From: Armatimonadia bacterium
Lineage (GTDB): Bacteria; Armatimonadota; Zipacnadia; Zipacnadales; UBA11051
Length of the DNA: 30,463 nucleotides
Direction of reading: 5' to 3'
Assembly: GCA_039683575.1 (NCBI GenBank)
Contig: JBDKRC010000238.1
Coordinates: 1 to 30,463, forward strand
The position numbers and the translations under genes are program-made. Shown here piece after piece: positions 17,001 through 25,200 of this stretch. The notes under the pieces were generated by a model. The model ran no database searches. It was given only the letters and a program-made list of their open reading frames with translations, and was not told the DNA's origin. Positions within the stretch are counted from its first letter, which is position 1. The number at the start of each line of letters is the position of its first letter.

Positions 17001-18929
17001 GTCGTCCGTGCTCTCGGAAGTGCCGCCGATGTCGTCAGTGGAATATATGTTGCGGGCCCGCAGGTGCGCGAGCTGGTAGGGGTCATTACCGGTGATGGAC
17101 TGGTAGTGGCTGTAACAGTAATATGCGAACGGCTTCAGGCGGTTGCCTACGTCGTTGGCAACCAGCCGGACGCCCCCGGCTCCAGTCCTGCGGTTGTACA
17201 TGGTCAGCCCGCCGGCCTCCCACGCGTCATCAGCGGCGGCATTGGTGGGGTCAGCGACGAAGACGTCGCGCATGGTGAAGATCGTTGAGTTATTGCCGAA
17301 GCCGATGCCACCGGTGGTGCTATCAAGATTGCGGCAGCCGAGGCCCTGTCCCCGTCCGCAGGTAGCGTTATCCGCCGAGCCGGTGGTGAAGTCGGTGGGA
17401 GTGCCTCCCACGTTCACTGTGAGAATGGCGTTCCAAGCCGCGCCTTCGTAGTAGGTGTAGGCGCGCGGTGTAGTGGCGGCGGGGTTGGCGTCAACGTAGG
17501 TCGCACTTTCGGTGTTTATGAGCGTCCAGCGGCGGCTATCGTAGGGATCAACATTCCAGTCCCAACTGCTACCGGCGGCTGCGGAGAGCTTCACGCTGGC
17601 AGTCTGATTTCCGGCAGTACCGCTATTGGTATCGAGCTGGGTCGCCCACAGCTCCTTCATCGTCACGCCGTTGACGTCCTGATTGAAGACAACAGTGAAC
17701 TCATTGCCGCTGAAGCTGGCGCGCAGGATGCCCTGAGGGGTAGTGGCAGGCAAGGGGCGGATGATGGGTGTACCCGGCTGGACGCAGTAGTTGCGGGAGC
17801 CGCCTGCGGGATAGCGGTCCAGCGCGTTGTGCGTGCGGAGCCAACCCATTACCGAACTGCGATCACCCTCAACGGCTTTGTGGCCATGAGTATTGTCGTA
17901 GAAGTAGTTGGTCACGCACTTGGCGTTTGAGCGGTTGAAGAAGAAGTTCCACCAGTAATCCTGGAGTTGCCAGTCTGCTGACATCTCAGGCGGCGTGTTG
18001 AAGTCTGCGTTGCCGTTGTAGGAGTTGTTGATTACCCTGTACCACTGCGTGGAGTAGGATTCAAACGTCGGGCCGCGGCCATTGTGCAATTGCACCCAGC
18101 CATTCTGCAGCCCCATCGGATAGCCGTCCACCATGCGCCCGCCGGCGGAATCAGCGTAGTTGTCCGGCACGTAAGCGCTCTTGGTACCGTCCCCTGTAGG
18201 AGTTACAGCTCCGCCATAGCATTCGTCATTCCCCGCCATCGGATAGTTGGCATAGGTGGTGTAGTTGGGCGACACCGGCGGCCACTGCCCTCCAGTCGGG
18301 AAGTAGACCTGGTCGCCACCGGCCTCCACGCCACGGGTAGCCGGGTCATCGAGGTTCGCCGGTGATACGTCTTCCCACGGCGGGAACTCAGCCATGACTA
18401 CAGCGATCCTGACCGTCGGAGCGGCGCGCTGCGGCCGGGGGGAGGCCTTCGCGTCATTCACAAAACCGAACGGGACTACAACCCAATCGCGGGGATGGAA
18501 GAGCCCGACGAAGAAGGCGGAGATTCGCTGGAGGATGGTGCGGCTGCGTTCCTCGGCAAAGAGGAAGCGCTGGCCGAGTGAGGAGTCTTTGGAGGCGAGG
18601 AAGCCTGAGCCGAGGTACTCGACCTCGTTTTGCTTGCCCGCGCTGCCGGAACGAACGTTGATGAAGTCAAGGCGGGCGTTCTGAGGGACGCCATACTGCT
18701 CGATGACCTTGACTTTCTGTTCCTTCTCAACGCGCGCCAAGAACTGCTCAGCCGTCGCTGGGCCGACGCCATGAAGCCTGGCGTAGTCCATGGCAGCATC
18801 CTTGCGGGTCATGCCGGTATTGAGCATGACGGGCGGGGCTGCTGACGCGCCAATTGTCCACACCAGAGAGTATGCAAGAAGTGCGGTGAGGAAATGGGTG
18901 CCGAGTCTCACGCGAGCTTTCTCGGTCAT
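5019..18929 (-). CDS. giant secreted protein (4636 aa): M6/immune inhibitor A-like metallopeptidase domain, 16 Fn3-like repeats, Ig-like (SbsA/Big_5-like) x3, carboxypeptidase-regulatory-like x3, C-terminal FlgD-Ig domain
   Basis: Uninterrupted 13.9-kb ORF with GGAGG RBS (18938-18942) and Sec signal ending IGASA|A. M6 motifs: IAVVMAEFP, VTNYFYDNTHG, HEVAHTLGLVNLYD, Met-turn GPYSVMS, EYYLLENR, GLYIFHID, VEQADG. Repeats contain YYWRVRxxD...WS. Confidence 0.92.
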   Translation of the reverse strand: MTEKARVRLGTHFLTALLAYSLVWTIGASAAPPVMLNTGMTRKDAAMDYARLHGVGPATAEQFLARVEKEQKVKVIEQYGVPQNARLDFINVRSGSAGKQNEVEYLGSGFLASKDSSLGQRFLFAEERSRTILQRISAFFVGLFHPRDWVVVPFGFVNDAKASPRPQRAAPTVRIAVVMAEFPPWEDVSPANLDDPATRGVEAGGDQVYFPTGGQWPPVSPNYTTYANYPMAGNDECYGGAVTPTGDGTKSAYVPDNYADSAGGRMVDGYPMGLQNGWVQLHNGRGPTFESYSTQWYRVINNSYNGNADFNTPPEMSADWQLQDYWWNFFFNRSNAKCVTNYFYDNTHGHKAVEGDRSSVMGWLRTHNALDRYPAGGSRNYCVQPGTPIIRPLPATTPQGILRASFSGNEFTVVFNQDVNGVTMKELWATQLDTNSGTAGNQTASVKLSAAAGSSWDWNVDPYDSRRWTLINTESATYVDANPAATTPRAYTYYEGAAWNAILTVNVGGTPTDFTTGSADNATCGRGQGLGCRNLDSTTGGIGFGNNSTIFTMRDVFVADPTNAAADDAWEAGGLTMYNRRTGAGGVRLVANDVGNRLKPFAYYCYSHYQSITGNDPYQLAHLRARNIYSTDDIGGTSESTDDRRDRPYPFDFDKSDITGSQWHGGLVFPTTPRGMGSTHSALQMRTDIRNIMQDQGINTTYFNQIVFVYPQDLTPRGGAALNSAFENNTGLEIIPHAATWEATNQTDVMIPHIAGLGLAAHEVAHTLGLVNLYDNDNVNNDYVLPQPIPAFFECATLGPYSVMSAEGRQNLTNNIDDANRIDPFHLEQLGWAQIIPVVEDRPHAEIPASETALEDPVIYKIPADPYYLRDGTSADNWQEYYLLENRSKVGQNYYGDLSTAGLYIFHIDKRNFHYLPRGYQYDAPVAGDTALKTLSQQTGFQVEERALTVAVEQADGQHELDNNARGNNGTTTNDPFGITNKNFTQLSNPSSWSHGLADDTSGVGTRVIEPGSPTDSFVRVANISDPSVNMTADVYVKPREIIVRDIDPTDATDPYKNYYIDFGAKTLRQGDTNVGVMALVVDNDGAAPNMSTGAVTINQLRVRESGTNGTDSTVSQVTLWTETNGTVGFQPTVDLNATPPVTTPDTRIGVTTLSSDIATFNNLGYIVPLRGATDPAKILYIAYDIAPNAQTNPRITLGAKLSDYTFVVPNVPGAVQERKRTNTDYAFGDFWFPLSTKTNPIYSYPDRLVLTSDTTNMPAKAAQDQVDVPMMKLKTEVSPRVGSVGGSARIDSLMVDAYNGGINYLSGVSDLINCKLWKDTGDGIFDTASDTLIGTSSFTPQTGTNGRATFANLNQQVDLGTPVFFFLTVQVAPNADTTKVLQLSIEFPEKGKWTELNLSGVAKQLSCYMQLVNNVNDTAAYKDLVEYDVPPATWQLIAPPERWALQSQVVEIITPNSPPGAPQPTFAPSGSQQISDDTPTLSWGAATDPDPTDPQSSLHYEILLADNAAFTNPVSAGGWFTSDGEITFDVTTPLKLDQDYWWQVRAIDPQDAVGPWSPVQRFRVVTNRPPVQITTGLTPGYLAPNVETITTQTPLMQWDKTTDLDASDLPATLKYQIEVDNNSDFSSPEILWIGAADIAQYLVVAGDGLTWGTTYYWHVRAVDQAGAQGTWSPTVRFRPVNDRPPYTPVAAFAPSGGIEETTDNPVLSWRMPATPDPDSQDTLDNIKYQVQVKLETIPGAGVDFAAGGYVFETATPFAPTAPVTLPITLPITTDLSDNGHYFWRVRAVDPDDDGVVSAWTTPQDFFVNTINNAPVAPTAGFEPVNASTTNDTTPTLSWDNSGDPDPDPYQGAFTNALVPQTRGVSWVIELSLTPANPDGSFTNPAYTYYPAARVAAGNPTFTVPVALSQEMWYWHVRTVDDLGAQSPWSAAQQFTINITTNAPSAPTGLTPNGGNVSTTTPRLSWTAASDSPLDTPPDTQAELRYEVEVASDNTFAVAGTYYQFLASGVSGQTWVDIPAGAPLLQGATYSWRARTIDTDNLRSGWSAAASFTVVANNAPNVPTTVSPIGGTDVTGAPRLVWRFAGLPDPDLDDTIGTLKYNVQVDDNSNFSSPEFTATVPPPAFVDPANPYLDVSASLSVGVRYYWRIQAIDSKGLAGAWTSSANDNFRMALNHQPNAPTLVSPIQVGGQEVEVTTATPLLSWNAATDPDTSDGAPTLKYEIRLKAGSDLGTTPDWTYTTDEGVTSANVSVALTDNTHYYWQVRTKDRGLATSSWSAVGDFWVNTQNDAPTAPVAGFDPPTGSTTANLRPTLSWDNSTDPDPDPFDGATSAAPIVGVQWNVQLSRSTSFTTVPFTYTTAAGTPSVANIGPLTDGVTWYWRVRAVDNDGAQSGWSATQTLQVNSAANAPTVPTGLVPATGQSVSSTTPRLSWTAATDPDAADLPATLRYEVQVASDAGFAMTPYFWPGGPTAAGETFATVADPLTVGSTYYWRVRTIDQSGLRSAWSAGQRFTVVDNRAPNQITSGFAPSGGATVSDQTPRLSWLPATPPDPDADDTAATMRYYIMVDNNINFSSPEVPETLLTPADPLAPYFDVPTDLTVGVTYYWRVRAVDSKNLVCPTWSTPTANFRVVANMAPAVPAEAYVPSGGIEVSPPSLSWNNPNPPAPPDPNLSDTIDTIKYEVQVRDAADFAQGAMVFTGTTPEGQSSIDIPAAVWTDDTHYYWRVRAIDRQGAQSAWTNIQDFWVNTGNDAPKAPATGFVPVLGAGVTDTTPTFSWDAATDPDFSDPAGTLRYQVQLSTLANFSTVNYVLPTTTAGTTTVTPVTALTDKTKRYWRVRTLDNDGAWSGWSAIQHFNLDTEAHEPAAPNSGFSPAGGGNVSSLTPTLRWNAATDPDADDTPDTLRYEVELSSNATFPSPAPGGTYYWYQLTIAGRTYATVPGTLPLTLGTTYYWRVRTVDDSNLRSIAWSPTQSFAIGENQPPNAVPGGFSPTGGIGISDLTPLLTWTAATDPDADDVPATLRYLVQVDDNRDFSSPLYERYSAIGAAELLCAPTTPLQEGTTYYWRVRTRDAGALQSAWSARQSFVIIANRRPATPIAPFDPLDDEELNTANPTLSWAMPAVPDPDPNDTISTIHYEVQLNSVSDLANGPYVFETATDVNTQLATCTANLTDNTQYWWRVRSVDSGGLPSDWTVPHMFWVNLANQAPLAPTTGFDPANGETVPTTKPTILWNAASDPDPKDSAGTLRYIVELSRLANFSTVSYQYSTAVNTTQVIPTTALTDLTTWYWRVRTVDQFGAQSPWSAVQNFIVNVGNQLPTLSNPQYNPDPLYGATDTHFELTVTYTDAENDQPGWVRCTFSTGLVKDMYKVDATDNNARDGIQYACSVEGSELGLGGHGHFFSCQAGARLPDTGIATGPVIGVASQVWFRNAADVNVATYEEGSTIYIKVRDLDQNMNPAVAETVQVTVAEAGGDHETVTLTETRANSGWFLGTLPTLGRPGAVNDGFLNVISGATGQQIGVQYIDPDDGGATTPDQSTDTAMVVDTTAPARIGSALELASGDHGRTVNVRWDTYDEAAQVDVAGYNIWYSTSDFDSTSGKTLAGTVAAGTTSFEVTGLTPNRTYYFAVTAFDEVPKEYHSVDAQPVRTRDITKPSISGESPARGATEVARDSTVGFFLDDPGVGVDSGTLVVTLKQNGNVVKHRAPVFGGTRYRLQVTVQPVYRFEWNATITVEIDVKDYDGNQLLVNDWTFGTVVDTDAPEIQQQSPTPDATNVPIGTNLTFHAIDAKSGINRNRIEVLFDGVNVSDKLTLGTDANDLLVTYDPPADLQYSKTYTVTTTVYDVAGNTSGPVTWQFSTPRDAGNVAVEAVSPTDGATDVPIESDIVVRLSDTQAGVVVNTLRMWVNNQEIPSASLDLTPKNQAVVSMLEVTYNPPADMPYGVVVPVRVYVEDNVGNQTTYNYSFTTMAEPTYIVSGVIVDAARKAIPGVSVKAGSQSATTDGTGGYRITGLVAGQYKVVPTRDQYTFATVGGVTDIVNVGPDDASMDFIGTLITYSLSGRILEGDTPLAGVTVTCDGHTGTTDANGNYRIDGLPNGQYTVTPSLANYQFQPPSRAAEIAGASLTNVDFAAVAKTFYIEGTVSDVGGNLLSGVQISAGDKTTVTNTAGMYRLTGLRAGAYDVKASKLGYAMRPETLSITLTDNATGQNFTAYVEMSSTFPQGTNLIGVPGTPVDTNPMEVFGTGQVYRWNPDGQPAQYLVAQNDPDAAFLQVRPGRGYFVSFGQTTTLSVAGTPTDTSRSVSIGLSEGWNMIANPLSTPLKFSKFVAAPVDAMRPFAFVYDNATGSYKMVAAAGTVGAERDSLLGWEGAWVRAVGSSVSVTVAAGAGLAADESMTPQQANLNGGWTIPIIARAGNRADLSSVAGVVPGSGEAHVIENPPTAPNTVDVYFTNTAGARLAHDIRSDNGAQTFAFSVACAVPDTDVTVTLPDLSRVPKDQQVTLVDKLTGKSIYARTMQGYTYHSTGATTVREFELVVSPRNVGTLVVTASCAAARNNNVVLTYNVSKACDVSIRVLNIAGRCVRTLSANQAVTAGVQTQLWNLTSDNGTRVPTGTYLLQIDAAADNGQQVRGLTQVRVGR
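8994..14564 (-). repeat. 16 tandem ~116-aa Fn3-like domain repeats (protein level, diverged in DNA)
   Basis: Counted 16 copies of N.xP.xP...P..G......TP.LSW...xDPD..D....L.Y.V.......F......L....YYWRVR..D..G..S.WS...F. 5571 bp / 16 = ~348 bp per unit. Confidence 0.9.
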
Positions 18930-19083
18930 CGGTAAGGCCTCCTCGAGTTTACATCTGCGTCGGCAGCTTCAACTTCAGGGGTACGGCCACTGCGATGAGA
19001 CAAGTACGACGTGCGACACCGGCACCAGTGGAGCCGGTTGGGATTGTGACCAGGCCAGGGAAAGCCCGTGCGACTATGTCAAC

Positions 19084-19152
19084 GGGTAGGAGCTCTCAGC
19101 GTCGCCGAAAGAGCATAATCATCAGCCCTCTCGACGCAGCGAACTCCTACCC
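19084..19152 (-). promoter_or_regulatory. long imperfect RNA hairpin in the intergenic region between the two giant genes
   Basis: Minus-strand RNA pairs GGGUAGGAGUUC/GAGCUCCUACCC, GCGUCG/CGACGC and AGAGGGC/GCUCUUU around a 10-nt loop. The G-U pairs work only on the coding strand. Confidence 0.55.
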
Positions 19153-19232
19153 TTGTTCATCATTAACAACCTCAACTTCATCCGCTCAGCCATAATCTCC
19201 GAGCGAGAGGGGCGCTCAGGCCCCACGACGCC

Positions 19233-22200
19233 CTATCTGACCTGCAGCGGCGCCACGGCCGAAACCTGCTGGCCATCATCCCCACTCGCCTTGACTGTCA
19301 CCAGGTAGCGCCCGGCCGGGACCTTGGACCCGGACTGGCTCCGTAGATCCCACATGGCGCTGTTCACGCCAGCGGTAGCCACCGCGCCGGGAGTGAGCAC
19401 GCGGATCACGCGACCGGCCAGGTTCATGATCGAGATCTGGACATTGGCCGGCTTGCTCAGGGTGTAGGTAAGGGCCACGGCGCCGGTGCGCGCCTCGGCG
19501 GGAGCCAGCGTGACTGCCAGGCCGGCGTTCGCGCTGGTTCCGATCTCAAGCCGGAACTCGCGCGCGCCACCCTCGCCGGAGTTGTAGCTGTAGGCGCTCA
19601 TCGTCCGCGCCCACAGGCGCTTGCCACTGGCTACGTCAACCAACACGATGGACTTGTCCCGCGGTACCTGGGACAGGTCGGGCAGCGAGACCTTCACTAC
19701 GGTGTTCGTGAGGTTGGTGTTCACCACGAACTTGTAGCTCAGGCTGTTAGCGCTCTGGCCGCGAATGTCGCAGCTCAGCAGGCGCCCGTCGCTGGCCGGG
19801 AAGTAGACGTCGACATAGTCGCCCATGGCGGGCGGGTTGTCGACGAGGTAGTCGTCGGAGTGATCGGCAGCGTAGCTGACCACGCCGGCGCGGGCCGAGA
19901 GGTCGGCTCGGTCACCGGCCCTGGCGACGATCGGGATGACAAACTCGCCAGCGGACCGTGTCCAGACCGTCTGCCGGGAGGAGGCAGTCGAGGACACCGG
20001 AGTGACGCTGACTGAACGGGCGCCGGTGGAGCGCATCCAGAAGCCGGCATTCTTAGGCACTTCGGTCACGGCTCCCAGTCCGGGAAGCTCGGTGACGAGC
20101 CGGTAGCTGCCGGTGCTGCGGTCATAGATGTAGCCGAAGTCCCGGACGGGTCCGCCGGCTGTGACGCCGACATTGGCCCAGGGCAGGTTGGCGGTATAGG
20201 GGTTGCCGACCATGTTCCAGCCGTCATTGAGCTGCAGGTAGGTCGTCTGAGTATTCGGAACCGGCGTGCCGGGGACGGCGAGGGTGGTGGCGACAGAGCC
20301 GCGCACCCAGAACCCGCGCCCGGGGCGAACCTGCATGAAGGCCGAGTTCGGGCGGTTCTGCGCCGCCACGTAGCCGGCCCGGCCGTTTTCGGTGTTGGTG
20401 CCGGTCGGGTCCCAGCGGTAGGTAGCCAGGGAGCCAAACACGCTCAAGGGCTTGTTGTCTTCCGGCTCCACCGGCAGCGCGATGAAGGTGAGGCCCGACC
20501 CGACAGCGACGTCATAGATGGGTACGCCCACGAAGTCGGTGCCCGTCACGCCCGCCTGGACATCCACGACCTGCGAGTCCGGGTTGAACTCGTAGCCATC
20601 CTTGCTCGGCGTGATGGTCCACTGGCCGGGGACGAGGCCCTGCACGGTATAGAACCCGTCGCTATTGGTGGTGGCCACTGCGGTCGGTCCGCCACCGGAG
20701 GCCTCGACCCTCACGCCGGACATGCGGTGGCCTGAGGTGTCGGTGATGGTCCCACTGACCGTCCAGGTCTCCAACTGGCCGCGGAAGGTCACGCTCGAGG
20801 CGCTCGGCCCCACGGTCACTGACCGGGAAGCGGGCGCGAACATGTACTGCGGCAGCGAGGGCCTGACAGTATAGGTGTCGGCCGGGATGTCGCGGAAGGC
20901 GTAGCGGCCCAGGGAGTCGGTAATGGCGGTCAGGCTGCCGGCGGTAACGGTTACGCCGGGCATCGGGTCCGCGCTGGCGTCGGTAATGCTGCCGGTGATG
21001 CTGAAGCCCGGCTCCCACACGAAGTCCACGTCGGACACGTCTGCGCTGACGGGAATCTCACGCTCTCGCGGGGTGAAGGCGATGCCGCGGAGCACCGGTG
21101 CGACCGTGTAGGTCTCCTCGACGAGCCCGTGGATCGCATAGTTGCCAAACTGGTCCGTGGTACCGGTCAGGGCGCCGGCGCTGACAACCACGCCTTGCTT
21201 CGCCGTGCCGGAAGAGTCCGCGATGTGACCAGAGATGGTATAGGTGTCCGGGCCGGTGATCGAGAAGCGCCAGGTCTTGGTGGCCGTCCGGCCGCCCAGA
21301 TCGGCCGCCGTCGCGATAACAACCACGTTCTGGCGGTAATCGAAGGTCGCCGGCTGGTACCTGACGTTGAAGGACGCGGTGTTGCCGGTGATGGTCAGCG
21401 CATTGTTCGCGATATCCGTGCCGTTGATGTTCAGGCCGATGGTGTCGCGGTCGACGCCGGTGCCGGTGTCGCTGACTACGAAGCTGATGTGGGTGTCCCG
21501 CGGGGCAACTGCGCGGTTGGCGGGATCGACATCACTGATCACAGGATCGGCGCGGTCAGTGGACTGGCGCGGGCCGACCTCGGGGGTAGCCGTCGACTCG
21601 TTGGCGCCGTCATAGGCGCGCATGATGTACCAGTATTGGGTGCCGTCCACTACGCTCTTATCACTGTAGGTGGTCGTGCCCTTGGCAACTGTTGCCACCA
21701 GCGCATACTCTCCGCCGGCAACCCGCCGGTAGATCCGGTATTCCTTCACGTCGTTCTGCCCGCCCCCGTCGTCCGGAGACAGGTTCCACGAGAGGTTGAG
21801 GGTGCCGCCGGCGCCCGGATCAGTCACGGTCAGGTTGCTGGGAGGCTCCGGCGAGATGGTATCCAGCGCCATTACCGGACCCTCGCGGTTGGAGTCGGCG
21901 GACTCGCCGCTGATGTCATAGGCGCGTACGATGTAGTAGTACTCCACATTCGTGGTCGCGGTGGTGTCTTGCACGGTGTAGGTCGGGGACCCGTTGGCAG
22001 GTATCGTCAACAGCGCCGGGGTCGGGAAGCTGGCCGGATCCAGGCTGCGGTAGATGCGATAGCCGATGACATCATCCGCACCGCCGCCGTCATCCTGGCT
22101 CGCGTTGAACTGCAGGTCTATGACTCCGCCATTGTCATTCGGATGATCCATCGCGGTCAGCGACAGCGGCGCGCTGGGCGGCTCGTCCACGATTGGACCC

Positions 22201-25200
22201 TTGTAGTAACTTGGCGTATGCCCTGTTTCTGGCCGCCGGGCGCGATCCAGGCCGTCCGAGGCAACGAACCAGTAGCGGTGGGGGAAGCCTACAGCCAAAG
22301 GCGCGTCCTTCGTCGTGTACTGGAAAATGGCACCATCGGTGTAGTCTCTATCCGTCTTGTCCACTTGCTCCATCGTCCACTCGGTGCCGTCAATGGCTAC
22401 CTTGACGTAGTCGGGGGGGTTGCCCGCTACGCCGGCGAACCGGTCAAGGTCGGTGTAGATGATCCGGTAGACGAACTCCGTCGTGGACCTGCCGCTATCC
22501 GGCGACAGTCCGGGAGAGGCCGTCTCGACGGCGTCAATGGTCTCGAAGCTCAGGGTCGGCGCCTTGTTACTCGTCACAAGCGGCCCGGGCTCGTAGTCAT
22601 TGATCGTCGTGGTCGGCATCGGCGCGAAGGTGAAGGTCTGACCAGCCGGGACGTTGGGATAGCGGCCCGTCCCGTCGGAAGCCTGAGCGCGGAATATGTG
22701 CTGGCCCTGGGTCAGCTTCACCGGCTGGGTCTTGAAGATCGCGCCGTCGGTGTAGACAGTATCCGACGGATCGTCCTGCGTCATGTTGAGGATGAGCTCA
22801 GGGGCGTCAGCCGTACCGTCTACGCCGAGGCGGATGAGTGACGGTGCGTTGTTCTCCTCGTCCTTGTACGTTACTGAGAACACGAACGGTGTGGCTGTCG
22901 TGCCGTCGGGTGCCGTACCGGTTGAGTCGGGTGTGAAGCGGTAGTCCACCAGTATCGGCGGGGTGTTCTCGATGACTTCCGGCCCCTCGAACTCGCCGGT
23001 GAAGGGATAGCGAACCTGCTCGCCCTCGACCCGGACGTTGGTGTCAGTGGTGACCCAGGAGCCCCAGTCGTCACGGAAGACGAAGTAGTAGCGATGCACG
23101 CCGGGCCCGAGCACCATGTGCGTGGCAGTGTCGAAGACGTAGCGCTTGCCGTCCGCGTAGTTGGTGTCCGTCAGGTCTGCCGGCTCCATCGTGCCGGGGA
23201 ACCAATGCGAGATTCGGAACTGGGTGCCAGCAGCCACGCCGTCCGTCAGCAGACGGGTGCCGGTGGCAAGCACGATAGTGTTGGTCGTGTTGCTGGCGAT
23301 TCTGTAGGTCCGAGCTCCTGCGTTGGTGGTCGTGATCTCGACATCGTATCCGGCCAGATCATTGGTCGCGTAGCCAGTGCCACTGGTGGTGCGATAGGTC
23401 ATGGTGGTGTCATTTTGCACCATCTGAACCGTCGCCTGGCCCTTGGGGCTGCCGAACTGGTCCACGTAGATGGAGGTTTCAAACGGGCGGTCGCCCTGTG
23501 GCAGCGCATTGAGCATCTCGCCGTCCAGGTCGGTGTAGGTGACACCGAACTGGTAGCTGGTGCCTGCAGTGGCGATCGAGGGGGTGACCGACTGGTTCGT
23601 CAGCGTCGGCGGCTGGTTGACCCTGAAGGCATAGTAGTCGTTAAGCCCGTCCGGGGCGGACGCAATGCCAAGATCGCCGGGGTCGTCAATCGTGAACCGG
23701 TATCCGTCCCTCGCCGGGCGATTCGGGAAGATTGCCTCGCGAGTCCCGTCCTTGGCGACGAAGTAATACTGGTAATCACCCGCGCCCCCGCCATCTGGCA
23801 TCTGATCCGGGGCAATGACGTGCTGGTAGATGCAGCCGTCCGTGTAGGAGATGTCGCCCGGGTTGGCCTTCTCAAGCGTATAGCCACGCCACGCACCAGG
23901 CGTGCCGTTGACTACCTTGCGGACCTGCACCCGGATGTACTCCGGCGGCACATTTGCCGACTGCCAGTAGTTGATGCGGAAGGTGTAGTTGCTGGACGCC
24001 ATCCACTTGCCGCCCTGGAAGGGGCGGTGGGGCGTCGTCGCCGTGTTGCTCCAGATGTTGGCGAAGTTGGGGAGAATCGTGTCGTCGTTGGTGACGCGCA
24101 CCGGCGGGTTGGGGCCGGCGCCTACTTCCTTGCTGAACGGATCGAGGGCCGCGCCAGGCGGGTCAACGTTCAACTCCGCTCCGAACGCGCCCGGCGTTAC
24201 CGTTCCACGCGGGAAGTACGGGTGCGCCGTCAGCATCGGGTTGATGATGGGGTACTGGCCGCTCTGGGAGTCAAAGGGGTAGCCATAGCCGCCGGCGGCG
24301 CCATCATTGTCGGCGAAACGGCGCGAATGCCGGGCGCTGACGATCTGGCCTTTGCCAGAGAGCGTGGGCTGCACGTAATCGTTGTACTCGCCGTTGCCAG
24401 GCTGGCCAGCCTGCACCCAGGCGCAGTTCGATCCGGTTGTGGGGACCCCGACTGCCTGGTGGTTTCCGGGCGGGCTGAAGTCATCCGTCGCCATGAATTC
24501 GTAAGTATGCTTGCCCACCTGCATGGCCACGTAGTTGTTGGATACCGGCTTGCCGTAGACGGTACTGGAGATGACGTCCTGCGGGTCGTCCTCTGGCGGG
24601 TCGTATGGCGAGAGGAACAGGTTGTCCATGAAGTTGGCGAAGTCCATCGGCAAGAGCTTGTAGAAGTAGCGGATGCCGTTGGAGTCTCTGGCGTTCGTGT
24701 CGTTGCGATCCTCACGCTGCATGAAATGCGGCCGCGTGCGGTCGCCATCAATGATCAGCACGACCTCGGGGCCGGCGTCGTCGTGCTGCACGACGGTTCC
24801 GACCTGGTCGGTGAAGTCGTCGTAGCAGGGCGTGTTGTCGCTGGATTCCTGCGGGAACTGGTGCCGCCCCGGAGAGTAGATCCACCAGTCATATTCGCGA
24901 TCGTCGTGCCTAAAGGCGTTCGTACGGCCCAAGTCAAAGTCGGCGAAATTCCCCCGTGGTCCGGGAGGTGCGGAGGGGGTACCCCAGCGTGGCATCAGGT
25001 TACGCTGGAACCATGACGGGATCTTGTACTGCACCCGGAAGGTGAACACATTGCTGCTTGACCCTACGTCCGCCCCCGGAACCGGCCCGTCTACCGCCAG
25101 CGGGTCAACCCCGAAGGCATCTCCCGAGTACCACTCCAGAATGTCAGCGTTGTCGCTCTGGGTATACTGGGTGCTGGTCAGATCAGTGGTGGTTGCCGTT

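Noticed and set aside
19050-19083. Internal sigma70 promoter from the perfect TTGACA (minus strand, 19083-19078)
   Set aside because: No plausible -10 hexamer at 16-18 bp spacing.
5104-25016. Long + strand ORFs opposite the giant genes (e.g. 11433..12779, 13587..14942, 21129..22841, 23094..25016)
   Set aside because: Antisense shadows expected from high-GC codon bias; Arg/Gly/Val-rich with no motifs.
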